Shown here: one piece after another, positions 17,671-27,718 of the stretch | How the letters are laid out: every line of letters starts with the position of its first letter | How positions within the stretch are numbered: the first letter of the stretch is position 1 | NCBI GenBank assembly: GCA_964493635.1 | Contig: CAZBOW010000002.1 | Span: 71,728 to 132,898 of the forward strand | Length of the DNA: 61,171 nucleotides | Direction of reading: 5' to 3' | Source: an uncultured Hyphomicrobiales bacterium | Lineage (GTDB): Bacteria; Bacteroidota; Ignavibacteria; Kapaibacteriales; Kapaibacteriaceae | The notes under the pieces: model-generated | Told to the model about the DNA's origin: nothing | Seen by the model: only the letters and a program-made list of their open reading frames with translations | The model's database searches: none | Made by a program: the position numbers and the translations under genes

Positions 17671-18207
17671 AGAGATAATGTTATGATTGATACAGGTTAT
17701 TCTATCGTTCATGATTGACGGAGTGATGGACAGCGTGGTGGACGGCGTTGGAACGGCTGAAAACACCGATAGGCGCTCGTGGCGCCTTGAATTTTTCTGG
17801 TTGTACGAATCGGTGTATGCCGACTCGGTTTCTACGTACCGATCGTTCATATGCTACTCAATGTCCGTCTCGAAGTCCGTTCTACCATACGTTCACATCC
17901 ATGATTGAATCCATGTTGTGCACAACAGGAACGGCACAAACCACTCCCCACCCTGGAGAGTAGTACATGAAAATCAGCACGAAGATACCGCATGACACCG
18001 TATGTGCCAAACATGACTTTTGTCAGGGCCGGATCGTGACTGATGCTCATGAAATCTTGTACCTTCATATTCGTTCCTGTGAAGTTTCCTTCACAGCCTG
18101 ACACCATCTGTGCGAACCGCAAACGCCGCTTTCCACACAAACCCAATACATCATGGGTTTCATGGCGCGGGTCTGGCTCGACAGGGTATGGTGTACAATG
18201 CTCGTGC

Positions 18208-18215
18208 CAAAAATA
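18208..18215 (-). promoter_or_regulatory. TAnnTTTG box (TATTTTTG) just downstream of the obg stop; candidate promoter of the giant gene
   Basis: The plus strand reads CAAAAATA. It lies about 540 nt upstream of the signal-peptide start codon, and no -33 TTG is evident. Confidence 0.3.
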
Positions 18216-18223
18216 TCACAGTA

Positions 18224-19249
18224 TCACCACATATCGTCCGGGGAGGGGGCCTGCCGCCGGCGAGCCTCCTCCACGTAGGGCCACATCGCTTGGACAAGAA
18301 CATCTAAGCCGTCCTGGCCGACAGCGGAGATACATATAGCCTGATGCTCGCGCACAAATGCGCTTGTCTTGATGTCCTGGAGCTCGTCGGGAGCCAACAC
18401 ATCGATCTTTGTGATACACACGATCGAAGCCTTGTCCATCATTGCCGGATTGTACCGAGCCAGCTCCTGCCGGAGTGTTGTAAGGTCGGCCTCGGGGTCC
18501 GGGGATTGGCAATCAACCATGTACACCAGCACGGCCGTCCGCTCCACATGACGTAAGAACTGATGTCCCAAGCCTTTACCTTCGGAAGCCCCTTCGATCA
18601 ACCCCGGAATATCGGCTACCGTAAAGGATTTCCCCTCGGCTACCCGCACCATCCCGAGGTTTGGCACCAGCGTAGTAAAGGGATAATCCGCAATCTTGGG
18701 CTTGGCCGCCGAGATTACACTGATGAGCGTACTCTTTCCGGCATTGGGGAAACCTACTAACCCTACATCTGCCAACAACTTAAGTTCAAGTTCGAGGGTC
18801 AGCTCCTCGCCCGGCGTGCCCGGTTCGGCATACCGCGGAGCCTGGTTGACCGACGTTGCGAACTCTGAATTGCCCCTGCCACCGTAGCCTCCCCTGGCCA
18901 ACACGACGCGCTGGCCATCGGTGTCGAGGTCAGCAAGTTGCTCGCCGGTGACCTTATCGCGAATCACGGTGCCGCACGGCACCTTGATAATGATGTCGTC
19001 CCCACTTCTACCCGTGCAGCGGCTTTTTCCGCCAGGTGCCCCGGCCTTGGCCTTATAATGGCGTTTGTAGGTAAAGTCCAGCAGCGTACCCAGCTGGTGG
19101 TGGGCCTCGGCAACCACGTTACCACCGTTGCCGCCATTACCGCCATCGGGCCCCCCTTTGGGTACGTACTTTTCTCGTCGGAAGGAGATATGCCCCTTCC
19201 CACCATCGCCGGCCTTGACCTCGATGGTGGCGGTATCTATGAAGTTCAT
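18224..19249 (-). CDS. obg: GTPase Obg/CgtA
   Basis: The Obg fold N-terminus is present (FIDTATIEVKAGDGGKGHISFRREKYVPKGGPDGGNGGNGGNV), along with the G1 motif GFPNAGKST and DIPGLIEGAS. Confidence 0.95.
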   Translation of the reverse strand: MNFIDTATIEVKAGDGGKGHISFRREKYVPKGGPDGGNGGNGGNVVAEAHHQLGTLLDFTYKRHYKAKAGAPGGKSRCTGRSGDDIIIKVPCGTVIRDKVTGEQLADLDTDGQRVVLARGGYGGRGNSEFATSVNQAPRYAEPGTPGEELTLELELKLLADVGLVGFPNAGKSTLISVISAAKPKIADYPFTTLVPNLGMVRVAEGKSFTVADIPGLIEGASEGKGLGHQFLRHVERTAVLVYMVDCQSPDPEADLTTLRQELARYNPAMMDKASIVCITKIDVLAPDELQDIKTSAFVREHQAICISAVGQDGLDVLVQAMWPYVEEARRRQAPSPDDMW

Positions 19250-20427
19250 CGGAATGCTCGATTCAAGGCGTGAGTAAACTCCATCGCGATGGCATTGGTG
19301 GCCGCAATTCCGCGCTTAACCAGCCATCGATCCAACTTCGCCGCGCCAATCTTCCAGGTTTCGCTGCCGAGCACGTCGCCAACGACCATTTCCATCTCGA
19401 CGTCATCGGCATCGAAGAGGCGCTTCAGGAAGCGCTCCCGTCCGCTCGATCCGATCTGGGCTGAATATCGCTCATAGCGAGCGTCGTAGGCACTGGGCGG
19501 CGCAGGAAGCGGCGCCGGTTCGTGCGCCGGTTCGGGTGACGGGCTGGGTGTTGGTTCTGGTGTTGGTTCAGGTGTTGGTTCAGGTGCTGGGGCTGGTTCC
19601 GGTTGTGCCGCGAACACCGGTTGCTGTACGCCCTGTTCGATCTCCGAGATCACAAGGTCGATCACCTCGAAGAAGGCCGCCCGACTCAGGAACTTGAGAT
19701 TTTCGCGGTAGAGCTTCCGCTCCAGCGTCTGCGAGAGTGGGATAGCCCCCTTATCATCCAAAAAGATGATCACAGCCTCTGTTGGGACGGTATCCGCCGG
19801 AAGATCGGTGTGATAGGTGGCAAACCACTCATACAACGGGTCGAGCAGGGCAACGAAGTCGTCCTGCGACAGATCCAGAATGGCATCGTTGTCGATCTTC
19901 TCCACCACACGCTCAAACTCAACAATCGAGAGGATCTCCAGCGAGCTGAGGGCGTCGGCGCGGCGGGTTTCAATCCACTGCCGCAAACCCTCCGTGAGGT
20001 AGGCATGCTCGTAGATGTAGTCCAAACGCAGCAGAACCTCGTTCAGCGGTTTGGTGGGCTCTCCACGAAAGACGAACCACTTCAGGGTGGTGCGTGGACG
20101 GCAGAGCATGTTCAGCCGAACCTTAACAGCAGCATCGGTTGCCGCCGTGAGTTCCTCGTGATCGAAACGGGCATGGCGCACATACGCCTCATCAAGGCGG
20201 GCAAAAAGCTCTCGAAATGCTGGTTCTAGTGTATCGAACCGAGGATTCGATGCTCGCAGGGCTCGCTCCTCATGAATCCACCACTGCACCTCAGCGCCAA
20301 AAAAGGCACGGTATGCCGGATGCAGATCCGGGAGTGCCTGCAGATTCTTCAGGGTAATGTAGGGGGCTCTGGTAGCCAGTTGTTCGCGCAGGCTCTTCCG
20401 GGCCCGTTCGAGTTCACGTTCGAACAT
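19246..20427 (-). CDS. Hypothetical cytoplasmic protein with a Pro/Glu/Thr linker, translationally coupled to obg
   Basis: The 393-aa ORF has coding-like composition and a 4-nt ATGA overlap with obg. I recognised no domain. Confidence 0.65.
   Translation of the reverse strand: MFERELERARKSLREQLATRAPYITLKNLQALPDLHPAYRAFFGAEVQWWIHEERALRASNPRFDTLEPAFRELFARLDEAYVRHARFDHEELTAATDAAVKVRLNMLCRPRTTLKWFVFRGEPTKPLNEVLLRLDYIYEHAYLTEGLRQWIETRRADALSSLEILSIVEFERVVEKIDNDAILDLSQDDFVALLDPLYEWFATYHTDLPADTVPTEAVIIFLDDKGAIPLSQTLERKLYRENLKFLSRAAFFEVIDLVISEIEQGVQQPVFAAQPEPAPAPEPTPEPTPEPTPSPSPEPAHEPAPLPAPPSAYDARYERYSAQIGSSGRERFLKRLFDADDVEMEMVVGDVLGSETWKIGAAKLDRWLVKRGIAATNAIAMEFTHALNRAFR
19547..19606 (-). repeat. 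12-bp tandem repeat encoding (EPTP)n / PEPAPAPEPTPEPTPEPTPSPSPEP
   Basis: The plus strand reads GGTGTTGGTTCT GGTGTTGGTTCA GGTGTTGGTTCA GGTGCTGGGGCT GGTTCCGGTTGT. Confidence 0.75.
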
Positions 20428-20461
20428 GGGGCGAAGATACGCACCAATCCTACGTACAAGT

Positions 20462-21799
20462 TCAGTACAGCGAGCGCAGGACGTCGATCAATCGTTCAGC
20501 CGGTTGAACATGGTGCGTAACCGACTTGTTCGTTGATGGGGCAAAGATTGTTGTCAGACCCAAACGTATAGCCTCCTGCACGCGCTGCTCGAGATGTGCC
20601 ACGCGACGGATCTCTCCGGTAAGGCCAAGCTCGCCCACGAAGGCCATGGTTGGTGGCAGGGGGCTATCGCGTACGCTAGAGGCAATCGCGACGGCCATGC
20701 CCAGATCCAGTGCTGGATCCTGAATCGAGATACCGCCGGCAACGTTGACGAAGACGTCTGACTGACGCGTTGAGATTCCTCCACGTTTTTCGAGTACTGC
20801 CAGGATCAGCTGCAAGCGCTTGCTATCGTAGCCCGTGCTCACGCGTTGCGGATTGGCGTATCCACTTGGCGACACCAGCGCCTGCACCTCAACCAAGAGC
20901 GGTCGAGTTCCCTCGGTAACGGCCACCACTGCCGTACCTGGTTCACCGGCCCGACGATTCGACAGCAACACTTCGGAGGGGTTGGTCACTTCTTCCAAGC
21001 CGGTTGAGAGCATGTCGAATACGCCAATTTCGTTGGTCGAGCCGTAGCGATTTTTCAATGCCCGCAGCACACGGTAGGAATACATGCCATCACCTTCGAA
21101 TTGCAGGACGGCATCTACCATGTGTTCAAGGACCTTCGGTCCGGCTAGCAAACCATCCTTGGTGACGTGACCGATGAGAATTGTTGGGATGCCGGAGGAC
21201 TTGGCGATCTTCGTCAGCAGGGCTGTGCACTCGCGCACCTGAGCTACGCTTCCAGCCGACGACTCCAACTGCTCGGTAACCATGGTTTGAATCGAATCGA
21301 CAATCACGAGCGCAGGTGACGTTTGCGTGATGAGTGCACCGATCCGCTCGATGGACGTTTCTGATGCCACAACCACACCGGACGCCGCAACGCCAAGCCG
21401 GTCTGCGCGTTGTTTGATCTGATGCAGGCTTTCCTCGCCCGTAACATAGAGGGCTGTTCCCGCGGCTGTACCAACGTTCGCTGCAAGCTGCAGCGTAAGC
21501 GTACTCTTGCCCATACCGGGATCGCCCCCTAACAACACGATGCTTCCAGGTACCAAGCCCCCACCAAGGACACGATCTAACTCGTTGATTCCTGTTGGGC
21601 GTCGAGGAGCCTGATCGGCATTCACATCAGGAAGGGCCACGGCGTGCACAGTAGCCGTCGAGATGGCTTTTGCGGATGTACCTCGCTCCTGGACCTCTTC
21701 GACAAACGTTTCCCATTCACCACAAGCTGGGCAACGGCCCATCCACTTTGGCGAGGACTGGCCACACGAGGTACAGCGATACAGGGTTCGAGTCTTCAT
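20462..21799 (-). CDS. radA: DNA repair protein RadA/Sms
   Basis: It has a zinc ribbon (YRCTSCGQSSPKWMGRCPACGEW), Walker A (GGDPGMGKST), a KNRYG motif and a Lon-like C-terminus. The start was trimmed to MKTRTLYRC (21799). The 78-nt ORF extension has no support. Confidence 0.95.
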   Translation of the reverse strand: MKTRTLYRCTSCGQSSPKWMGRCPACGEWETFVEEVQERGTSAKAISTATVHAVALPDVNADQAPRRPTGINELDRVLGGGLVPGSIVLLGGDPGMGKSTLTLQLAANVGTAAGTALYVTGEESLHQIKQRADRLGVAASGVVVASETSIERIGALITQTSPALVIVDSIQTMVTEQLESSAGSVAQVRECTALLTKIAKSSGIPTILIGHVTKDGLLAGPKVLEHMVDAVLQFEGDGMYSYRVLRALKNRYGSTNEIGVFDMLSTGLEEVTNPSEVLLSNRRAGEPGTAVVAVTEGTRPLLVEVQALVSPSGYANPQRVSTGYDSKRLQLILAVLEKRGGISTRQSDVFVNVAGGISIQDPALDLGMAVAIASSVRDSPLPPTMAFVGELGLTGEIRRVAHLEQRVQEAIRLGLTTIFAPSTNKSVTHHVQPAERLIDVLRSLY

Positions 21800-21814
21800 G
21801 GTAATACGTGGCTG

Positions 21815-21822
21815 CAAAGGTA
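21815..21822 (-). promoter_or_regulatory. TAnnTTTG box (TACCTTTG) 15 nt upstream of the radA ATG
   Basis: The plus strand reads CAAAGGTA, within the 43-nt divergent radA/crtB spacer. Confidence 0.4.
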
Positions 21823-21842
21823 GTACATTCGTAGTCGTGTCT

Positions 21843-22778
21843 ATGACTACAGCCCCACCATCATCACTTGGCCACAATGATGTTGCGCATGACTACGAGG
21901 TGTGCCGACAGGTCACCTTCACCCATGCAAAAACATTCTACTTCGCCTCCCACTTCATTCCCAAAACGAAGCGTGCTGCCTGCTACGCTGTTTATGCCTT
22001 CTGCCGATACGTGGACGATATTGTCGACGTGGCGATGGAGCAGGGAGATGTGACACGCGACGATGCCTGCCGATTGGTTGAGCAGTGGCGCACTGCCGTT
22101 GGACACCTCTACGATGGCACCGCTACCTCGAGCGACAGCGAAGTATCGCACCATGTTCTGAGAGCATGGGAACACACCCTCCAGCAGTACCATATTCCGC
22201 GCCACCTACCGGAGGAACTCATCGAGGGTGTGCTCATGGATACCGAGGTGTCGCGCTTCGCCACGTTTGATGAGTTACGGGAGTATTGCTACAAGGTGGC
22301 GTCGGTTGTTGGACTGATGACATCCGAGATTTTCCAATACTCCTCGGCCGAGGCGATACCCCATGCGATCGATCTGGGGATAGCCATGCAACTGACAAAC
22401 ATCATTCGTGACGTTCGGGAAGATGCTGCCCGCGGACGTATCTACCTTCCCCAGGACGAACTGGCGGCCTTCGGCGTGACGGAGGACGACATCCTGATGT
22501 CGCGGTGGTCCGATCGGATGCAACGCCTGATGCAGTTTCAGGTTGAGAGAGCCCATGCATACTACAACAGTGCCGATCACGGCATCGCCTACCTTGAGCC
22601 AGATAGCAGGCTCACCGTGCAACTCATGAGCACGAACTATCGCAACATTCTCACAGTAGTAGAGCGTGCGAACTATCACGTGTTTAAGGGCCGGGCCAGC
22701 ACATCGCTCTGGCAGAAGGTGACAACCATTCCACGGGCCTGGTGGAGGGTGCGACGGCTGCCGGATTACCGGAAATAG
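21843..22778 (+). CDS. crtB: Phytoene synthase (squalene/phytoene synthase family)
   Basis: Motifs YFASHFIPKTKRAACYAVYAFCRYVDDIVD and NIIRDVREDAARGRIYLPQDEL are present. The start was trimmed to MTTAPP (21843) because the listed ORF start (21663) lies inside radA. Confidence 0.8.
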   Translation: MTTAPPSSLGHNDVAHDYEVCRQVTFTHAKTFYFASHFIPKTKRAACYAVYAFCRYVDDIVDVAMEQGDVTRDDACRLVEQWRTAVGHLYDGTATSSDSEVSHHVLRAWEHTLQQYHIPRHLPEELIEGVLMDTEVSRFATFDELREYCYKVASVVGLMTSEIFQYSSAEAIPHAIDLGIAMQLTNIIRDVREDAARGRIYLPQDELAAFGVTEDDILMSRWSDRMQRLMQFQVERAHAYYNSADHGIAYLEPDSRLTVQLMSTNYRNILTVVERANYHVFKGRASTSLWQKVTTIPRAWWRVRRLPDYRK

Positions 22779-23617
22779 TACGACACGTCCTTGAGCGTGA
22801 AGTGCCCGTACTCGAAGTCTCCATCGGGAAGGTTCCACACAAAGGTTACCTGCGTGGGCACCTGAACACCATCGATCCGTTGGTAGTTGGAACACCGCAT
22901 GGTGAATTGCGTTTGCTCAAAGCCACTGCGATGATCGCGGTACTTGCTGTTGGTGGTAATGCGTTCTACCTGACCGTCGCCATTTACGTGGAAGAGGGCC
23001 TCGACCCGTGTTGGACCATCGGAGAGAATGGCTTTTGCGGTACTGCTATCGACGGCCTCCCAGCGCAGCGCCTTTGTGGGTAACAACCCTGTGGGAAGCC
23101 ACACCAGATCACTCAGGAAGCGGAACAGCATGGAGTGATTCGTTTCAGCCCCCTCCAGTTCGCGGAGTGTGATGGCGCCAAACAGTTTGAGATGTCCGTG
23201 CCCCTCGCCGTGAAGGAAACTGAGCTTCGCCGTGCGCCACCAAAAGGCATGATGTTTCAGAAAGGCATCCCAGACAAACCCAGGTTCCATGCCTGAGAGG
23301 TATTCGGTGGCCGATACGGTAAACCACGGACGGTCGGCTCCGTGTCGAAACCGTGCACGAATCTTTAGGATGGCGTACCGGATATTCTGCTGTCCTTCAG
23401 CAAGTGCGTAGCTGAGGTAGCGTTGGATTGGTTCCGGAAGCGCCGCTGTCCGTTGAGATGAATACGCCGGGAGTTCGTTCTTGCCAATCGAACGCAAGAG
23501 TCGTTTGATCCACCGCCGCACGAACAGGCGGGAAAGGACGGCGCTGGCTGCCCACAGCACCAGCAAGGTTACCAGTACGGTACCAAGAATCAAAGGAAGT
23601 TTGGGCAGCTCGGTCAT
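22766..23617 (-). CDS. Hypothetical membrane-anchored protein (single N-terminal TM)
   Basis: The 283-aa ORF has N-terminal LPLILGTVLVTLLVLWAASAVL. It lies 9 nt downstream of atpG and its 3' end overlaps crtB convergently by 13 nt. Confidence 0.6.
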   Translation of the reverse strand: MTELPKLPLILGTVLVTLLVLWAASAVLSRLFVRRWIKRLLRSIGKNELPAYSSQRTAALPEPIQRYLSYALAEGQQNIRYAILKIRARFRHGADRPWFTVSATEYLSGMEPGFVWDAFLKHHAFWWRTAKLSFLHGEGHGHLKLFGAITLRELEGAETNHSMLFRFLSDLVWLPTGLLPTKALRWEAVDSSTAKAILSDGPTRVEALFHVNGDGQVERITTNSKYRDHRSGFEQTQFTMRCSNYQRIDGVQVPTQVTFVWNLPDGDFEYGHFTLKDVSYYFR

Positions 23618-23626
23618 GACGCTGCC

Positions 23627-24508
23627 TTACTTACCGCTCAACGCTTCGGCACCACCAACAATCTCGAGCATTTCCTTGGTGATGGCGGCTTGGCGCTCAC
23701 GGTTGTAAATCAACTGGAGCGAAGAAATCAGGTCACGAGCGTTATTTGTCGCATTCTCCATGGCCATCATCCGCGCAGCCTGCTCAGCAGCATTGCTATC
23801 AAGCAACGAACGCCACACTTGCATGTTGAGGTACTGCGGAAGCAAGGCGTCAAGGATCTCAGCACGCGTTGGCTCGAAGATGTAATCGGTAGCCGACGAA
23901 CCTGCCGAAGAGGTGTCCGTGGATGGGGCAATTGGGAGCAACTGCATGGCGTTCACATCCTGGCGGATCACGGATACAAACTCCGAGTGTAGTACTTCAA
24001 CGCGATCCACCGTGCCGGCAAGGAAGGCATCCGAAGCCATGGTGGAGATCTGAAGCGCCGTAGAAAAGTTCAAGCCGGTGAACACATCGGGAAAGGCACG
24101 AACAACATCCTTCGACTGTTTGAACGAACCCACGGCACGACGACCAACCGGTACAAGCTGTATCGTCACACCGGGGAACTCACGATGGAGTTGCTCCATA
24201 CGCTCGCGTGCCGCACGCAAAATGTTGGTGTTGAAACCACCACAAAGACCGCGGTCCGAGGTAACCACAATGAGCATCACCGAACGCAGCTGTTCCCGAG
24301 ATTCAAAGTAGGGATGGACAAAGTCCGTTTCAGCCGTTGCAAGATTGCTCAGAATCTTCTGAAGCTGGTTGGCATACGGACGAGCAGCCGTGATTGCATC
24401 CTGTGCCCTACGAAGCTTTGCCGCAGCCACCATGCGCATGGCCTGCGTGATCTTCGACGTGTTGCGAATCGATACAATCCGGGTGCGAGTTTCTTTTAGG
24501 GTTGCCAT
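23627..24508 (-). CDS. atpG: F1 ATP synthase gamma subunit
   Basis: N-terminal MATLKETRTRIVSIRNTSKITQAMRMVAAAKLRRAQ and C-terminal YNRERQAAITKEMLEIVGGAEAL. Confidence 0.95.
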   Translation of the reverse strand: MATLKETRTRIVSIRNTSKITQAMRMVAAAKLRRAQDAITAARPYANQLQKILSNLATAETDFVHPYFESREQLRSVMLIVVTSDRGLCGGFNTNILRAARERMEQLHREFPGVTIQLVPVGRRAVGSFKQSKDVVRAFPDVFTGLNFSTALQISTMASDAFLAGTVDRVEVLHSEFVSVIRQDVNAMQLLPIAPSTDTSSAGSSATDYIFEPTRAEILDALLPQYLNMQVWRSLLDSNAAEQAARMMAMENATNNARDLISSLQLIYNRERQAAITKEMLEIVGGAEALSGK

Positions 24509-24535
24509 AGTTCAAAGACAGTGCGTTCGTAGTGC

Positions 24536-25516
24536 TTACGATGTGGTTTCGAGATACGGCCAGCTGGTATGCAGGTAGCCATTTACGTAATCGGAAACGG
24601 CATCTTCCAACGGCGTGAGCTCCAGGTCCGGCAGCTCGTTGCGCAGGAGAGTCATGTCCGCCTGCGTGTAATTCTGGTACTGCCCAGCGAGATGCTCCGG
24701 CATCGGTATGTAGGAGATGGAAGGGGGCTTGCCGAGTGCCGAACAGACGGCCGTGGCCAAGTCGTTCCAGCTTCGCGCTGTTCCCGTACCAAGATTGAAC
24801 AGACCATTGATATCTGTGCGATGCACCAACTGCATAATCACCCGAACGACATCCTTCACGTAGATGAAGTCCCGTAGCTGACCGCCATCGGTGTACTCCG
24901 GATGACTCGAGGCGAACAGTCGCACCGTGCCCGTCGACATCATCTGATGGTAGGCCTTGTACACCATGCTGGCCTGTTCACCCTTGTGGTACTCATGGGG
25001 ACCGAACACGTTGAACAGCTTCAGTCCGACGGCACTGCCCAGCAGTCCTTGGTCGGCCATCCACCGATCGAACAGATGCTTTGAGTACCCATACATGTTC
25101 AAGGGGCGCAGGTTGTGTTCAGCTTCGCTGTAGCCTCTACTACCGTCTCCGTACGTCGCTGCCGAGCTGGCGTAGACGAACCGCGCCTGATGATCGGCAG
25201 CGAACTCGGCTACATCACAGGAGAACTGGAAGTTGTTGTCGTACAGGTAGTCGGCATCGCGCTCCGTGGTTGCCGAGCAGGCACCCAGGTGGATCACCGT
25301 ATCCACACTTCCAAGATCGAGCTGCTCCCCGGAAGCCATGATCTCACGAAAATCCTGTTTGCTGACAAGATCGAGATACGACCGCCCGACAAGGTTCCTC
25401 CACTTTTCACCGTTACCCAACGAATCAACGATCAACACATCCGTATGGCCGGCACGGTTGAGTGCATCGAGCACACAACTGCCAATAAATCCGGCGCCTC
25501 CGGTAAGGATGATCAT
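24536..25516 (-). CDS. hldD: ADP-L-glycero-D-manno-heptose 6-epimerase
   Basis: The product is collinear by eye with E. coli HldD/RfaD (MIILTGGAGFIGS..., YASSAATYG, NMYGYSK, NVFGPHEYHKG, FNLGTGTARSW, YQNYTQADM). Confidence 0.85.
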   Translation of the reverse strand: MIILTGGAGFIGSCVLDALNRAGHTDVLIVDSLGNGEKWRNLVGRSYLDLVSKQDFREIMASGEQLDLGSVDTVIHLGACSATTERDADYLYDNNFQFSCDVAEFAADHQARFVYASSAATYGDGSRGYSEAEHNLRPLNMYGYSKHLFDRWMADQGLLGSAVGLKLFNVFGPHEYHKGEQASMVYKAYHQMMSTGTVRLFASSHPEYTDGGQLRDFIYVKDVVRVIMQLVHRTDINGLFNLGTGTARSWNDLATAVCSALGKPPSISYIPMPEHLAGQYQNYTQADMTLLRNELPDLELTPLEDAVSDYVNGYLHTSWPYLETTS

Positions 25517-25531
25517 AACAGGTGGGCGGGG

Positions 25532-27088
25532 TTAGGCTGCAACTGTAGCTGCGAAACGCTCCGTGAAGGACGTCAGCAGTGTGTTGAGCATTTGAACAAT
25601 CTCGTCGGTAAGTGCTTTGTCGCGCTGAAGTTTCTGGAGCAACTCCGGAGACGACACTTTCACTGTTTCTAGGAGCTCCTGCTCGTAACGCTTTACTTCT
25701 GTTACCGGCAGTTCGTCCATAAAACCGTTCGTAGCGGCATAGATCGTAACGATCTGTTCCTCAACCGGCACTGGCGAGTACTGCTGTTGCTTCATTACTT
25801 CCATCAAGCGAGCACCACGACGAAGCTGCTGCTGTGTAGACTTGTCGAGGTCCGATCCAAATTTGGCAAATGCCTCAAGGGCACGGTACTGCGCCAATTC
25901 GAGCTTGAGTGGACCGGCGACCTTCTTCATAGCCTTGATCTGGGCGTTACCACCTACACGGGATACCGAGATACCAACGTTGAGAGCCGGACGCACACCT
26001 GCGTTGAACAGACTTGGTTCGAGGTAGATCTGACCGTCCGTAATCGAGATCACGTTGGTGGGAATGTAGGCCGATACGTCACCAGCTTGCGTTTCGATCA
26101 CCGGAAGCGCCGTTAGCGAGCCCCCTCCCAGCTTATCGTTCAGCTTCGCCGCACGTTCCAGCAAGCGGCTATGGAGATAGAAGACGTCGCCGGGATACGC
26201 CTCGCGTCCTGGTGGACGACGCAGCAGCAGCGACACCTGACGGTATGCAGCGGCCTGCTTGGTAAGGTCGTCGTAAATCACCAATGCATGACGTCCGCTA
26301 TCACGGAAGTACTCACCCATGGAACATCCGCAGTATGGAGCTACGAACTGCAGCGGGGCTGGATCGGAGGCCGAGGCCGTCACGATCGTGGTGTACTCCA
26401 TAGCACCATACTTTTCCAGTGTAGCCAGAACGTTGGCCACGGTGGATCCCTTCTGACCGATGGCAACGTAGATACAGAACACCGGCTCGATGCCATTGGC
26501 TTTCGCCTCTTCGGTGTGCGTGTACTTCTGGTTGATGATCGTGTCCACAGCGATAACCGTCTTACCTGTTTGACGGTCGCCGATGATCAGCTCACGCTGT
26601 CCACGGCCGATCGGAATCAGCGAGTCAACCGCCTTGATACCGGTTTGGAGTGGCTGCGTTACGGGCTGACGATCAATGACGCCCAAGGCTTTACGCTCGA
26701 TGGGATACACGGCTGATTCCTTGATCGGTCCTTTGCCGTCCAATGGCTGACCCAGCGGGTTCACCACACGACCGAGCAGACCTTCACCAACCGGTACCGA
26801 CGCAATACGGCCGGTCCGGCGTGCTTGATCCCCTTCTTTTACCAGGGAGTCATCGCCAAAGAGAACCACACCTACGCTGTCCTCTTCAAGGTTGAGTACC
26901 ATTCCCACAACGCCGTTGGGGAACTCCACCAACTCGGAGGCCATCACGTTGCTCAGGCCGTATACACGAGCAACACCGTCACCCACTTGGAGCACGGTAC
27001 CAACTTCGTACACATCGGTTTCTTTTTCGAATCCTGCGAGCTGTCGTCGGAGAATTGCTGAAATCTCTTCGGGGCGAACATCAGCCAT
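25532..27088 (-). CDS. atpA: F1 ATP synthase alpha subunit
   Basis: Walker A (GDRQTGKT) plus a full-length alpha-subunit match ([46 protein letters not shown]). Confidence 0.97.
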   Translation of the reverse strand: MADVRPEEISAILRRQLAGFEKETDVYEVGTVLQVGDGVARVYGLSNVMASELVEFPNGVVGMVLNLEEDSVGVVLFGDDSLVKEGDQARRTGRIASVPVGEGLLGRVVNPLGQPLDGKGPIKESAVYPIERKALGVIDRQPVTQPLQTGIKAVDSLIPIGRGQRELIIGDRQTGKTVIAVDTIINQKYTHTEEAKANGIEPVFCIYVAIGQKGSTVANVLATLEKYGAMEYTTIVTASASDPAPLQFVAPYCGCSMGEYFRDSGRHALVIYDDLTKQAAAYRQVSLLLRRPPGREAYPGDVFYLHSRLLERAAKLNDKLGGGSLTALPVIETQAGDVSAYIPTNVISITDGQIYLEPSLFNAGVRPALNVGISVSRVGGNAQIKAMKKVAGPLKLELAQYRALEAFAKFGSDLDKSTQQQLRRGARLMEVMKQQQYSPVPVEEQIVTIYAATNGFMDELPVTEVKRYEQELLETVKVSSPELLQKLQRDKALTDEIVQMLNTLLTSFTERFAATVAA

Positions 27089-27136
27089 GGTTGTGATCCT
27101 TCTTCAGTATTCGGTCGGTGTTGATCAATTGTATTC

Positions 27137-27685
27137 TTAGTTCAAAATCTCGGCGGACAATCTGGTACGCAGGTCCTCCAGCTGATGCTGCAGGGTTCCG
27201 TCGTAGACGTTGTCGCCGATGGCAATCCGCATTCCACCAATGAGTGAGGCATCTACCGTGTAGACGGCCTCGACGGTCTTTCCCGTTCGTGTTGCAACGG
27301 CCTGTTGCACACGATCTCTGGTTGGTCCGTCAAGTTCGGACGCCGAGGCGACCGCGATACGCAGCACGTTGTTCCGTTGATCGAGCAAGTCTGCGTAGGA
27401 TTGGATGATTTCCCGGTAGAATCGCTCGCGACCTTTTTCGATCACCAACTGCAGGAAGGTAAGTGTAAGGGGGCGTACCGAGTCGGCAAATGCTTCCTTG
27501 ACAATCGCTTTTTTGCGCCACCACTCGATAATGGGGCTTCGCAGGAGCATGCGCAGGTCGGACGACGCATCCGCTGCATGAAGTACCCGAACCAGGTCGG
27601 CTTGCACAGCTTCTTCAATACCCTGAGATACAGCTTCGCTGAGCAGGGCAGAGGCATAGCGATCGGCAATGGCTTTAATGGACAT
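27137..27685 (-). CDS. atpH: F1 ATP synthase delta subunit (OSCP)
   Basis: 182 aa with N-terminal IADRYASALL and C-terminal GGMRIAIGDNVYDGTLQHQLEDL. Its operon position fits. Confidence 0.85.
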   Translation of the reverse strand: MSIKAIADRYASALLSEAVSQGIEEAVQADLVRVLHAADASSDLRMLLRSPIIEWWRKKAIVKEAFADSVRPLTLTFLQLVIEKGRERFYREIIQSYADLLDQRNNVLRIAVASASELDGPTRDRVQQAVATRTGKTVEAVYTVDASLIGGMRIAIGDNVYDGTLQHQLEDLRTRLSAEILN

Positions 27686-27718
27686 GATGCAAGTCTGTAT
27701 GGGTTCGGTTCAGGAGAA

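Noticed and set aside
17847-18146. A 99-aa minus-strand ORF within the leader of the giant gene.
   Set aside because: It has no recognisable motif, signal or ribosome-binding site and its composition is odd (a Cys/Arg-rich tail). I kept it only as an alternative explanation in the leader finding.
21663-21842. Upstream extension of the crtB ORF, and the 26-codon extension of radA (21800..21877).
   Set aside because: Each extension runs into the divergent neighbour. Homology starts at the trimmed ATGs (21843 and 21799).
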